A stretch of 63,882 nt of DNA, the filler included, from Octopus bimaculoides (taxonomy: Eukaryota): NCBI RefSeq assembly GCF_001194135.2. It is 6 parts of 5 records of this genome, joined end to end, with 100 filler letters (N's around TTAATTAATTAA, not from the genome) between each part and the next. Parts side by side here need not be neighbours in the genome. Positions count along the whole stretch, not along the records: positions 16,990 to 33,060 come from NC_068985.1; positions 33,161 to 46,723 come from NC_068982.1; 4 more parts are not named here. The stretch is one strand, 5' to 3'. The notes under the pieces were generated by a model. The model searched no databases, was not told the origin of the DNA, and saw only the letters and a list, made by a program, of their open reading frames with translations. A program made the translations under genes and the position numbers. Position 1 is the stretch's first letter. The number at the start of each line of letters is the position of its first letter. Positions 20,900 to 34,048 of this stretch are shown one piece after another.

Positions 20900-23420
20900 C
20901 ACTTGATTGGCAGAATTCTCTGATTGCAGTAGGACAATCTACTACACTACATACATTCTGATATTGCTTGGGATATAGTTTGGGACTTTACCATTCCCTT
21001 CTTTGAGTGTCCAAATTCTCTGATGACTAATGTTATTATTTCAATCTTTTTAGTCCACAAACTGATCTCCAGTTCTTTATACTTGGTGAACTTTTATGGT
21101 GACATTCACAGAGGTGTTTCTTGTCCATAGTATTGCTATATTGATAATGTATGCACCTCTTATCGTTTCTGTCTTTGTTAACAATATCAGCTTTATAGGA
21201 ATCAGTGATAATGTTGCTGTCAGTGACTGTGGCCCTAATTCAGTTGATGACTTCTTTTGATCTTGTGACTCCTGAATATTTTCTACTGCAGATACACAAT
21301 GGCTACGTTATGCAAGTGGAAATATTTGATCCTTTCCAACTTCAAATATCCAAAGGCAATATGGTTGATAGTTTCTTCCTATCTTCTGTAGATCTTTCAT
21401 TGTGAACCTTTGTCTGTTCCATCCTTGATGATGTGACACTGATAGAATCTGATTGCAACACTCTACTCTTCTCCTATGGTTACCATTCTTTCTCTTCTTC
21501 TTTGCAACTGACGTATCCAGTGAGTCCACATTTTGGAGCAGGTCTGCTTCTGATGCACTTCTTTGTCCTTCCAAGTTTTCTGCAGCTGAAGCTGGTCGGT
21601 ATGCTTAGCCTTCTGCTTTGCTTCTTGGACATAATTTGTCATCAGCTTGTTTACTGATGGTGGTGGTTTCTGGAATATCACATTCCCTCTTGTAGTGCAC
21701 TGCTTTCGTGATGGATTAGATCTGATGTTTACACTTTGGAGGAGTGGTTTATTTGTTTTGTCAAGTAAATCATCCATACAACTAGTAGTACTCTGGACAG
21801 TTACTCTGAGTTAATACAGACTTAACTTCCTGAAGCTTTTGAAAGGTGCAGTCTATGTGCATCTGTTTTTGTGCGGTGCATCTTTTTCATGGTCAGAATC
21901 ATTCTTGTTCCAGTGATATGTCTCTTGTTGTTGTTCAGTTTCCAGTTAATGATGTTGGACCTGATGTTATAAAGAGTATTCTTAGGATGTTAAGAACCTT
22001 AAAGCTATTCCCCATTTTGAGCTTGCTCCAAAATGAGTACTCACCATTTGTACTCTTTCCAGATGTTTTCCTTCATGGCAGATTGTTGTAAGCCACTTTT
22101 ATTATTCCCTCCCAAGATGTGCCCTCTTGATCATAATATCTATATTAACCTTGATCCTAATATCCTCGATCATAATATCTATATTAACCCTGATCCTAAT
22201 ATCCTTGATCATAAAATCTATATTAACCTTGATCCTAATATCCTTGATCATAATATCTATATTAACCTTGATCCTAATATCCTCGATCATAATATCTCTA
22301 TTAACCTTGATCCTAATATCCTTGATCATAAAATCTATACCGAGAACTAGGTTTGTAGTCTTGATTATTTTAACTTTCTTTAAGATGGTGCACTTGTTAA
22401 TTCTAGACTCTGTTTTGGTATTATCATTGAAAGATTGAAAACGATGATGGAAAGAAGCTCGTTCTGTTGAATGTTGTCTTTGGTATATATATTAAGGGTA
22501 TCATTAAAGAACAACTGGTTCCATTTGTCATTTTGCCTAAAGGTAGATGAGTAATTAGTGGTGCAGGTGAAAAACAGAAGGGAGCAAGTACAGGATTCAG
22601 AGCATTTATTTGGATTCTTGAAGGGTCCCAATAGGTAGACACCCCTCATTCTTATATCTTATTGATCTTGAAGATAGCAGCATGTTCTTCATGATCTTCA
22701 TGCCTAACCATTTGCAGTTCTTTATATATTTGTGTTGGTCTTGTAATTGTTGAATCCATGTAACATTTTTCTTTTCTTTTTCCCCAAATCTTACACCTCA
22801 ATTCCTTGACTTCTCCAAAAGTGTTTGGTTGGTTCATTGACACTTATTTTCTTGCTTAATTCACAACAGAATTTCTTTGTATCTTTTTGGACAATCTGGT
22901 TTATGCCTGAAGATATTATTTCTCTTTGAGAAATTCCTGTTCTCTATGCTTTTGCTTGAATCTTGTAACCTTATTGTCTCTTTCTGTCAGATATTGAATT
23001 TTTATTCAATTTTTTTCCCCTTTTCTTCTTTTTCATGTTGCTCTCTTCTTCGATTTCCTTTACCTATGATTGTTGTGTTCACACTCACCGAGAAATCGCC
23101 TCCATCGTTTCCTTCCAATCTGCTTGTTTTCTGTTCTGTTGTTGACCTGGTATTTCTCCTGCACTTATGACGGCTGAAATGGTTACATACAGAAGCCAGT
23201 TTATTTCTGTTAAGTTCAAAGCTCTTTCATTTCATTCTTGATGATTTCAACAGATTCTTTAGCCGGTATAACAACACCTGTAGAATGGTGGTCTTTCTTC
23301 ATCTTTGAGATTACTGGTCTTTCTTTGATGGCCATTTCTTTTAGGATTTTCATTCTTTTTCTGGGTGCATGTTGTCATCTCTGCTCTTTTCTCATTGCTG
23401 CCATCTTCATTGGTTTCCTC
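20900..23420 (-). mobile_element. R4/Dong-like RLE non-LTR retrotransposon, decayed, RT motifs 1-3 missing
   Basis: Minus strand, in order: KIWG..., ALNPVLAPFCFSPAPL (RT4), QLFFNDTLNIY (degenerate MDD), NKC..LKK, MKENIWKEY, RLHL, EETINHI (zinc-knuckle region), KADIV and KFTKYKELEI (restriction-like endonuclease). Confidence 0.75.
22126..22339. repeat. 39-bp minisatellite (5.5 units) inside the R4/Dong-like ORF
   Basis: Units start at 22126, 22165, 22204, 22243, 22282 and 22321; consensus cttgatcataatatctatattaaccttgatcctaatatc. Confidence 0.95.
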
Positions 23421-23529
23421 TTCTTAGTTGTGTACCTCTGGACAATCAGAGATGGTGGTACCTCTATTTTATCACTAGAGATAGTAGTACCTCTATTATA
23501 TCTCTCTCTGGACCTCACTTTTTTTTATA

Positions 23530-23630
23530 GTTGTTGTTGTTGGTGGTGGTGGTGATGGTGGTAGCGGCGGCGGCGGCGGCGGCGGCGGCGGTGGTGGTGG
23601 TGGCGGCAGCAGCAGCAGCAGCAGCAGCAC
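23530..23630. repeat. Compound trinucleotide microsatellite (GTT/GGT/GGC/GCA)
   Basis: Seen directly. Confidence 0.9.
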
Positions 23631-24369
23631 TATTATCATTATTGCTCTTTCTAAATGAGTGATTGATGAAAGAATTAGTAGAACACTTGATTAAATGCCT
23701 TGCAGTTTCCACTTATATTCCTTGATGTTCTGAGTTCAAATCCTGCAAATATTCACATTACCTTTCTGCCTTCTGGAATTAACATTACTAGGCGCTGAAA
23801 CTGAAGCCTTTTTGCCATTTGAAATTCAAACTCAAACTCTGAACTTGCAACAAATATATATATAAAAAGAACATCATTTTCTACAGAAACATCATCATCA
23901 TCATCATCATCATCGTTTAACGTCCGTTTTCCACACTGGACAGTTTGGAAAGTAATGGATAATACTCTGGAATTACATGAATGAGCAACAAATGTAGGTG
24001 GTACAAAAACGACACAGTTATGATAGTTCTTGGGAAACTAATATAGAAACATGTAAACTGGTTTCGTCATGAGGATATTCATCTTGCATTATTGTTAAAG
24101 TAATACAACGAAACCCAGAAGAAATGTCTTAATGCATTTCTAACACTCATTCAGACCCTGCTGAATTCAGTCAACAGTATAAGATTAAGTTAGAATTGAG
24201 TGGAATGAAAGTCCATATCATTGCTGATTTCAGGGATGTTCCTGGTCTCTGTAGAAGACTATGGGTATCCCAAACTGTAGGTATTCCCAATGGTGGGTAT
24301 CAACAAACAAGACTGATCTGCTGTTGAGTCTATGACTTGTGCTTATTCATAAGGAGAGTCAATCAATGT

Positions 24370-24590
24370 TGGTATTATTCTTTTCTACCGTTGGCACAAG
24401 GCCTGAAACTTTGGGGGAGGGGCCAGTCAATTAGATCGACCTCAGTACGCAACTGGTACTTAATTTATCGACTCCGAAAGGATGAACGACAAAGTCGACC
24501 TCAACAGAATTTGAACTCAGAACGTAAAGACAGATGAAATACCGCTCAGCATTTCACCCGGTGAGCTAACGTTTCTGCCAGCTCACCACC
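24370..24590 (-). mobile_element. tRNA-derived SINE (family A), full length
   Basis: Reverse complement of ggtgagctggcagaaacgttag...gttcaaatt...gtcgactttgtcgttcatcctttcgg...aggccttgtgcc. Confidence 0.85.
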
Positions 24591-25377
24591 TTAATGTTGA
24601 TACTATTAGAAAGCTTATGACGATGTTACATTGGTTGATTCTACATTCTCAAGAGTTTCTTCCCTCTGTAATGTGAGTTTAAGCACTCCCATGGTTGCAA
24701 TGCGACTCATTTTTCTCTGGTCCATACAATAACTACCAGTCATATACTGAGGTTTACTCCCATCATTATGACCTTTCCCTAAAAAATATTTGACCTTGTT
24801 GCTTATTTAAGAAATCAATACCTGTTAATTAGTTTGACTTGATATTAATTATACTCTTGTTTTGTGGGGGAAAAATGGAATCAGAGTAAAAAAAACCTGA
24901 TTAAATTGTAAACAGTTTTATATAGGATGATAGGAAATGATTCATTCAATTTATGTCTTTTTTTTTTTTTGCTTTCTCAAAGTATTGATGTTATGAATGA
25001 TACAGCAATAAATAAATATTATCCCAAACCTCTAAAGTAAACAACTGAAGTAAAAGGAGAAAGAAGAGGAGGCAGAGGAGGAGGAGGAGGAGTGAAGAAG
25101 TATGTCTTTTATCATTTACTTGTTTCCGTCATTAGACTGTGGCCATGCTAGGGCACCAGCTTGAAGAATTTTTTGTTGAATAAATCGAGTTGCAGTACTA
25201 ATTTAATTTTTTTAAACTTAGTATGTATTCCATCAGTCTCTTTTATCAAATTGTTTACTTACATGTAAACATCCCCACATCACTTGTCAAGGAGTGGTGC
25301 ACGACAAACACACACACACACATACACACACACACACACACGTATGGATATGTATATATATATGTGTTTATATATTA

Positions 25378-26243
25378 CAGGGTGCAGAGAATATGTTGAC
25401 ATCTAAATTATGTAAAAATGGAAATAACACTGACATCTCATTTTAACAGATACATTTACCAAAATTACATAAAAATATCTTGAAATACTAAAGAGTAAAT
25501 TTATTCAATAAAATCACCATTGGTTTCAACCACGGCCTCCAGACGATTTCGGAATCTCCTGCAACTCTTCTGGGTGGTCTCTTTAAGTTGGTGAATGCTG
25601 CCATAATCCTTGCCTTCAGTTCATCTTTGGTGTTACAAGGAGTTTTGTTGTTTTCTCGCTCACATAATAATCAAGGGAGATGCAGTCTGAGGAGTTAGAA
25701 GGTCAGATGTTAAGGGGTTGATTTGGTCGCAGAAATTGTCTGACAGCCACGACTGGGTTCTCCTGTTTGTGTGGCATGGTGCAGAGTCTTGTTACCAGAC
25801 ATAGGGTCTTCCAGCAACTACCCTCTTGACCCAAGGCAGCACTACCTCCTTCAGGCACTTGATGTAGCCTTCCATGTTGAGTCTGAGGTCATGTGGGAAG
25901 ATGAATGGAGGCATAACATCACCATCACTAGTGATCCCTCCAAACACCACGATGTTGACTGGATGTTTAATTTTAATCACTCTTGGTACATGTCCTCAGA
26001 TTGCACTGTCCTCAGATTGACACCCAAACACTCTGAAATGTTTGTACTGGAACTTCCAGCACAAATGCCAAGGCGTACAGCATGTCATTTTCAAATTTCT
26101 GGCTGAGTGAATTGAAACATGGTGCTGTTTTTCTCACAGACAGTGCCCAACTGACCATACTGTGTAGTCAATAAAATCAAGACCAAACAATGCACATGCA
26201 TGAAATTAAAATTATCAAATGGCGATAATTTACCCATTGCACC

Positions 26244-26248
<5 letters not shown>
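25378..26248 (-). mobile_element. Tc1/mariner superfamily (maT/DD37D-like) element, internally deleted; transposase remnant 26120-25501
   Basis: TA-CAGGGTGCA left end and TGCACCCTCTG right end. N-terminus MFQFTQPEI*K*HAVRLGICAG...GVNLRTV is fused to VVFGGITSDG...*QDSAPCHT...RLEAVVETNGDFIE*. Confidence 0.8.
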
Positions 26249-26291
<43 letters not shown>

Positions 26292-29200
26292 NNNNNNNNN
26301 NNNNNNNNNNNNNNNNNNNNNNGCAAGTGTGTGTGTGCAAGTGTGTGTGTGCAAGTGTGTGTGTGCAAGTGTGTGTGTGTGTGTGTGTGTTTGCAAGTGT
26401 GTGTGTGTGTGTGTGTGCAAGTGTGTGTGTGTGTAAGTGTGTGTGTATGTGTGTGTGTGTGTATTTGACTATAACTTCATTTCTTCAACATTGGAAGGAT
26501 GCATGACAGATTGAAGTTCAAAGGGAATTGAACCTGGAATGTCAAGTGTTGGAGCAAATATCACTCTGCTGAGTGACTGGTGTTAGGAAGGGCATCCAGC
26601 TGTAAAAATCCTGCCAAAACAGTCATAGAAGCCTGGCCGGCTCTTGTGGTTAAATGATGATGATGATGATGTTTGTTCCAACGCTTAGTCTGAGACTCTA
26701 AAGAGTTCACAGCCTTAGCACAGGCACTGTTTATGGAAGAGAGTAGCATTGCTCGTGTGATATCTATCTATCCAACAATCAGTTGTTCCATTGTTGTTTA
26801 TGTTTTGGGTTATAACCACAAGACTCTTCTCAAAGTAGAAACCCTTATTCTCTCACCTTGTTATTTAATCTTGAGCCAAACAAGATTAAGTAAAACCTTT
26901 AAACAAGAGCATTCCAACTTTGATCACAGAATTGTTTAGGTATACCTAAGAATCATGTATTCTTTTGTGTTTGTTATTTGATTCCTTTAATCATTTTTGC
27001 CTAAATTTGCAGACTCTGGTGAAATTACATTCATTCTAATATTCTGCAAAACATTTCGATTTTCTCAGTATGGGATAAAAGTTTTTATAAATGAACAATT
27101 CTGTAGTTCCATTAAAACTTACCCTCTAACATATTTTCGATTACTGAAATAGTTGAATCTTCTTAGTAACTAAAAGCTAAATACTTAAAGTTCATTAAAA
27201 TCTATTCTATGATTATTGAAATTGTACTCTTTGTCACTTTTCCCATAACCATTCCTCATCAATGCTGCAGACTTTATGCTGCTGTACTCAAACATTTTAT
27301 CGAGTTCACACCAGTAGCTGTATCTTATAGAATACCAATATTTAGCCTCTCAAACTTGTGACATATTGGCCAGCCTCATAACTTGTGAGAGACACACCAA
27401 CAACTGCAAAGCTGCTTTAAGGCCATTGAATTTGTGCTCATTCATCAAACATAACCAAAAGGTTTTGCATTATTGACTCAATGTGACCTGTTACGGTTAT
27501 AATAATCTCTCGACGCAATATGAATCACAATAATTTGAAAATAGACTGAACATGCTAAGTAATGTTACTCTACAATGAAAATATGGAGAATTCTCATCAT
27601 TCATCACCATTTAACATCCGTTTTCAATGCTGGCATGGGTTGAATGGTCGGAAAGGATCTGGCAAGCCAGAAGGCTGCACCAGGCTCCAAATTGTCTGTT
27701 GTGGCATGGTTTCTACAGCTGGATGCCATTCATAACAACAACCACTTTACAGGGTGTATTGGGGTTTTTTTTTTTATTAATACTAATACCAGTGCTTTAT
27801 ATGTAGCACCAGTATGGATACTGTCTGAGTGGCACCAACACAGGTGCTTTTTCCATGGTGCCAGTGTGGCTATAGTAATTCCTTAACATAATATGAATTA
27901 CAATAACTTTAAAATAGCATGGCAAATAATGTACAATAGAAATATGGAGAAGCTGTTGTAAAATTTGATCTTATAATCTTTAAATTCTTCAAGCTTTCTT
28001 GAATTCCCTCCCAAAATCCATTTAGCTTGCTCAGCACTGTAGCTGAGCCAAAATCCTATTTCATTTTCACAGTTTCTGATTGAGTCTTGATAAGATGCAA
28101 CGTTCCATGGCTTCTAGCTGAAAGCTAACAACTTGAATATTTTAGTTCCTGATTATATATTTGAATGGCCATCACTTCAAATATTGGATAGATAAGGAAA
28201 AATGAATAGCAATTGAAGCTGCTTATTCTTGACTGGAGATTTTAGCAACACAACATCAACTAAAATCTAATACATTATGTTGAATATTCAGAGTTTAATA
28301 GCCTACAGGAAGAAAGCCTCATACAATTCTATATGAATATCAACCTGTGAATTACATTTGAAATCTTTACAGATTTGTTAAATCTACTCTAAAAATATTT
28401 CAATTTTCAATTTCTCTAGTTTATTTACTCAATTTTATTTCAGATAAGTTTTTATTTGTTTGCATGTTTTTTTGTTTGTTTGTTTTGTTTTGTTTTCATT
28501 TTTCTAATATTTATATTTTAAAATACTTTTGATGGAGATTGGTTGCAGAAATGGCAAAACAGTTATGAAGCAAATATATATTTAAATATATCTGAAGAGA
28601 CTTTCAGTTATTTCATGTGGTTCTAAAGTTGGTCTGGCTCCTGAATATAATATCTTATTGGAAGAGACATTCCTTATTCCATTTAACGCTGATTTTAAAA
28701 TAGCTTCAGGCTTCTCCTTATTTCTTGAAAGAAGAATGGAAGTCGATTGATAATTGTGTTTCATCAGATGGGTGAAATCCATCAGATATATTTATATATC
28801 ATAATTTACCTTTACTAACAGAAATAATAACATAGCAAAGCTGAGAGTAGGTGTTCACACTCGTATGGTATCCTAAAATAGTCAAGGGAAATTCTGAAAT
28901 TTGTGAGGCAAATACAATACAATAGCTATTTCCTTATATATATGCAGGTGTGTGCTTGTATACACAATAAAGTGCTGTATAAGCAATACATTTAACTAAA
29001 CACATTAAAGCTCACTATAATATTTTATATTCCATATTTACATTTGTAGATGCAGAGTAAAAGTATTCAGCTTTATATTGGCTAGAATAGATGAACAGAA
29101 CAAACTACATCAGAAACAGACACAACAACTGAGGACAACATCAATATTTCAAGTGGTTCAGTTCTTACACTTGTTTCTATAATACAGCATCATCTCATCT

Positions 29201-30589
29201 TTGTGCATCATTTACATTATGTAAATTTGAAACATAGGGATATATCAGGAATAAAATATTTCATTATTTTTCAAACTCTCAGACGAAATAATGCAACTGT
29301 TGCACATAAGTACAATAATATTTTATGGAAACATGCAGAAAATAAACAATCCAAAACATCAGTGATATTGGTTTCCTCTTATTTTATACATGTGTGTGTG
29401 AGTGTGTGTGTGTGTGTAAGTGTGTGTGTGTGTGTGGCTTAGATGGCTCTTACATTTCATTCATTCAACTCTTAGTTTCCACAGCAGCCTCCCACATACA
29501 GACTGAGAGAGCTTTTTGAAAGATTTCTCCAGGATGAGGAATGCACAGTTGGAATGTCTATTACCATTTTTGCATCTCAACTCATTATGTTCCGCACCAC
29601 AAACAACCACAAATGCCTCAGAGTTCTTTAGTATATGTAACAGTGATTCAAATAGTATTGTTATTTGGGGATTAAAAAGGAACTCAGAGCTGTTCTGTGC
29701 ATGAAACAAAATTTAGACTCAATTTAAAAGGACTTCCTTTCAAAAGAACTTCTTGTTTACACCAATATGCATTTATTTTTTGCACAAATTTCTTTTCTCT
29801 CTTTCATTTTCGAGCATGATAGTACTTGATACGTCAACCGTTGGGTTTAGTATTCACTGATTTGCCAATCATTACCTATTTTGGATTTAATTAAAGAATT
29901 TGGAGAAAATAATTAGAGTGGCATTTGCATGTCAGCATGGAATCTATAAAGGAACTTACCAATAAAGAATAGAAGTGGAATAAGCATGGAGTTGATCATT
30001 AATGGTTCCATTAGTGATGTGGGTCTTAGAAAACCTTTAAAATTGGTTGAGCATTTTCTTCAAACACTTTTGTGAAGCAATATTTTTCAAGATGAAAGAC
30101 AAGGCCACAAGGCACACATGTAAACAGGGTAACACCAGCTTCATTACACCAATGGAGGAGAGGAATTCTTTTTCTGTTGATAGTTGTGCATCTTCCAAAT
30201 TACAGAAAATACTGCAACACATATTCATCTCTGAGACAAGAAATCAATGTTCAGAAATCAATATCTTGCAAATATAAACACCTACATCCAGTCACCTTAC
30301 CTGCATTCATCCTACCTGCATCAATGAAAGTAACATGTCAACAGGTAAAAATCAACAACAATGGAATAAAATCACATTGACAATATATGTCAGAAAGGAT
30401 TGCATTATTTCTCCAAGTTTTATCCAAATTCCTGCAAGATTTATTTTAAGAAGAAATTTGCTTCCCAACCACATGGTTCCAGGTTCAATCCCATTGTGTG
30501 CATCTTGGGCAAGTGTCTTTTACTATAGCCTCAGGCTGACCACAGCCTTATCATTGGATTTGGTTGACAGAAATTGAAAGAAGCCCATT

Positions 30590-30691
<102 letters not shown>

Positions 30692-31149
30692 GTTTCACAC
30701 CTGCTTTCCAATGCTGTCATGGGTTGGATGGTTTGACTGAGGTCTGGAAAGCCAGGAGGCTGCACCAGGCTCCAATCTGATCTGGGAAAGTTTCAACAGT
30801 TGGATGCCCTTCCTAATGCCAACCACTCCAAGAGTGTAGTGGATGCTTTTTACGTACCACCATGTGTTTGTATCTGTGTTTGTCCCCCATTATGGCTTGA
30901 AAACTGGTGCTTGTGTGTTTATGTCCCCATAATTTAGTGATTCAGCAAAAAAGACTGACAGACTAAATAACATATTGTAACAATTGTCAATGAAAAGGAT
31001 TGACTGAGAGGTAGGGGTCGAGGATCAATGAAACCCGGTTAACACGGAAATGACCAGGGACATGACTATTGCTATTCCTTTTGACAACAAACAAAGGGCA
31101 AATAACTTTGAAGGCAAAAGCTGTGCTGTAGGACCTTTACAACCAACAC

Positions 31150-31610
31150 TTGCAAGAAGAGGACAGAGCAGTGTGGATCATCAGATCGTAAAACACATGG
31201 CAAATCATCCCCGGACTCAAACCACAGGGATCGATAAATGCTACAGCAAAGACTTGTTCTGGACAGGAAACTGCAAGTTATGAGACTGTTGCATCAGATA
31301 GTACTTGGAGGAAACCAAGGGTTCTGTGGCCTACTGCTAATGAGAAAGGAAGATATGAAGAGTTTGAGAACAAGGTATGTAAAGCTCTTTATAAAATGAC
31401 AGGATCTACAGTGGAGAAACTGGGGAAGTTAGCAAGCTCAATATACGATAGAGGAAAGGAATTATGTTGTTGGGCACAGTGTGAGACAAATGTTGTTATC
31501 ATTAGGCCTAACTCATCATAAAGCAAATTGTATTATGAGTGATATCCAAACTACAGTGGAAAAGGTCAGCCACTGGATTTGGTTAAAAAGAGACGATGAG
31601 TGAAGGCTAG
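31150..31610 (+). mobile_element. HERO/R2-like RLE retrotransposon remnant with a large internal deletion
   Basis: RKPRVLWP.ANEKGRYEEFENKV...GSTVEKLGKLASSIY (pre-RT motif) followed almost directly by a C-terminal VEKVSHWIWLKRD. Confidence 0.55.
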
Positions 31611-32069
31611 AAGAATATTGAGCTATATTTGATAACCAGTTGATCTAGCAAGCGGTAGATCAGTGAAGGGGGGTGGTATGCAATGATGCCATCGAGAGGT
31701 AGGTCCTGAAATGGCATGCATTTTCTACTGATGACCCCATAGACTTGCTGGCTTCCAGTATGAAGAGTTTTAAATGGTAGCAGCACTTTCAGGTGCAAGT
31801 TGTTTGCAAAAGATCTGCTCCATTCACTTCTAGACTGTTTATACCTTACTGTTTCCATATTCTACTGAGTTTTTCTTCAATGGATTTTGGTCTCTTCAGC
31901 CATGGGAGAATGGTTCACTGGATGACAGCGTTCTTAGGAACAAATAAAAAACAGGATGACCATGATTATAGTTATAATCCTTTCTACTATAAAAACAAGG
32001 CCTGAAATTTTGCAGGGAGGGCTTGGTCAGTTATATCAACCCCACCACTCAACCAGTACTTATTTTTGC

Positions 32070-32290
32070 AGGTAAATTAGCTGCAAAAATTTATTAACTG
32101 CAGAATTATTTCCGGACTTAGCGCGCCAGATTGAAGACATTTGAAATGATACACTGAATGTAATTTGTAGAACTCTACACGTGCTCCCTTTCGGGTGGAC
32201 GTCTTGTGTCTAGTTCTGGAAATTGCATTGCGAATCAACGGACTATGCTGACAATCCTGCAGATATTTACTTATGTAAATTTTAACAGAT
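32070..32290 (-). mobile_element. Possible Tc1/mariner transposase 3'-end fragment
   Basis: Minus strand ...TRKGARVEFY resembles the C-terminal G.HVE motif; short and frameshifted. Confidence 0.3.
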
Positions 32291-32679
32291 GAAACCATGG
32301 TACATAGGTTAATCGTTTTTTTATTTAGTATTTTTTCATTTGTCTTGCCCTTTTACAGTTTGTTGTGTCGCTGAATTTTTACTGAGAACATATTTTTTTT
32401 TTGTGGTTAGATGATTCAGCATCTATTTCTAGCATATAGGAGTCTACTTTTGCTGGTCATTCCTCTTATTTTTGTATGTAATATAATTTTAATCTTCGGA
32501 TTTTTTTAATATGCTAGACCACTGGTTTTAATTGATTAATATCAATTTCTACCCTCATTAATAAATTGTATTCTTATATCAATAGTCAATACACTGGACA
32601 CACAGTTTTGAATATATATGTATGCATATATATGTATGCATATATATGTATGCCTATATATGTATGCATATATATGTAT

Positions 32680-33060
32680 GCAGAGATGCTCAAAATATCT
32701 GGCAGTGTTGGCTATAGCCTAGTCACCCGTATTACGAACCAGGTGATACACGAAGGAGTCATACCCTATGACTGGTGTAGCAGCATCATAGTCAACTGCT
32801 ACAAAGGTAAAGGGGACGCTTTAGATACAAATAATTACAGAGGCATCAAGCTGTTAGATCAGGTTATGAAAGTTACAGAGAGGGTCATAGCCCAACTAAT
32901 TAGGGAGCGAATCAATTTAGATGAGATGCAGTTTGGGTTCGTGCCAGGTAAAAGCACTACTGATGCCTTATTTCTAGTGAGACAGTTGCAAGAGAAATAC
33001 CTAGCCAAGGATAAACCTCTGTACCTGGCTTTCGTTGACATGGAGAAAGCCTTTGACAGG
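32680..33060 (+). mobile_element. RTE-clade LINE reverse transcriptase fragment, uninterrupted frame up to the gap
   Basis: IPYDWCSSIIVNCYKGKGD...NYRGIKLL...MQFGFVPGKSTTDA...YLAFVDMEKAFDR. Confidence 0.92.
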
Positions 33061-33160
33061 NNNNNNNNNNNNNNNNNNNNNNNNNNNNNNNNNNNNNNNN
33101 NNNNTTAATTAATTAANNNNNNNNNNNNNNNNNNNNNNNNNNNNNNNNNNNNNNNNNNNN
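33061..33160. other. Artificial spacer N44-TTAATTAATTAA-N44
   Basis: Same 100-bp structure. Confidence 0.95.
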
Positions 33161-33164
33161 TCAC

Positions 33165-33428
33165 TGTTATGTTTCCCTCGGGTGACTCGTAGAGATAACA
33201 TAACGAGTTATACAATTTAATTATTACATTTATTGTTCAATTACATACAAAGAACGCACTCACCCAATGTTCGTTATGAATAAACAAAAGTCATGTCCGC
33301 CATATATATATCAATGACATTTTACTACGACAGTCCCACAAGACAACAACAATGAAACAATGAACTCAGACGAACCACATGACACACGGAACGTCAGACG
33401 AATTACATATCTAACAGTCCATATAACA
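33165..33428. mobile_element. Solo LTR copy 2 (264 bp), inserted in a Helitron helicase ORF
   Basis: TGTTAT...ATAACA; right flank GTCAC, left flank (N)TCAC, consistent with a 5-bp TSD. Confidence 0.88.
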
Positions 33429-33430
33429 GT

Positions 33431-34048
33431 CACCAATGGATGTATGAAAGGGCCAGTTTAGCTCCAACAAACGCCACCGTCCAAGCTCTTAACATGTGCC
33501 TCCTTCAACAACTTCCAACTCAGGAGCGAATCTATGCGTCCATTGATTCAATAACGGATCCAACGCAAGTAATGGTTTACCCAACAGAATTTTTAAACTC
33601 CCAAGAACTGTTGGGAATGCCACCTCACAAACTCTGCCTCAGACTTGGAGGTTTAATTATTCTGCTGAGAAACTTGGAACCTCCTCGGCTTTGCAATGGC
33701 ACCCGATTGGTTGTAACTCAATTGTTGGATGACGTTATCGAGGCTAAAATCATAACAGGTCAAGGGGTTGGTGACATTGTTTTCATTTCCCGAATACCAC
33801 TAATTCCAATTGACTGTGTATTCCCAATGAAAAGGGTACAGTTCCCCGTACGTCTAAGCTTTGTCATGACCATCAACAAAGCCCAGGGGCAGTCACTCAA
33901 AGTGGTTGGGCTGGACCTCAGCACTCCATGTTTTTCACACAGGCAGCTGTATGTAGGCTGTTCCAGAGCTGGAAACTCGGCCAATCTATTTTACTACGCT
34001 CCCAGAGGATTGACAACGAATGTGATTTACAAGGCAGCCCTCCAATAG
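33431..34048 (+). CDS. Helitron Rep/Helicase, PIF1-family helicase C-terminal region (partial)
   Basis: HQWMYERASLAPTN...PPHKL...LLRNL.PPRLCNGTRL...RVQFPVRLSFVMTINKAQGQSL...FSHRQLYVGCSR...; open to TAG. Confidence 0.93.
   Translation, partial: HQWMYERASLAPTNATVQALNMCLLQQLPTQERIYASIDSITDPTQVMVYPTEFLNSQELLGMPPHKLCLRLGGLIILLRNLEPPRLCNGTRLVVTQLLDDVIEAKIITGQGVGDIVFISRIPLIPIDCVFPMKRVQFPVRLSFVMTINKAQGQSLKVVGLDLSTPCFSHRQLYVGCSRAGNSANLFYYAPRGLTTNVIYKAALQ

Noticed and set aside
22126-22339. 39-bp repeat array as a CRISPR array
   Set aside because: Contiguous units with no unique spacers, eukaryotic context and no cas genes; it is a minisatellite.
24130-24325. Open plus-strand frame (about 64 codons) of unique-looking sequence
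   Set aside because: No start or splice support and no recognisable family.
32680-34048. RT plus helicase as one composite RT-Helitron element
   Set aside because: Separated by an artificial spacer and a solo LTR; adjacency is not demonstrated.
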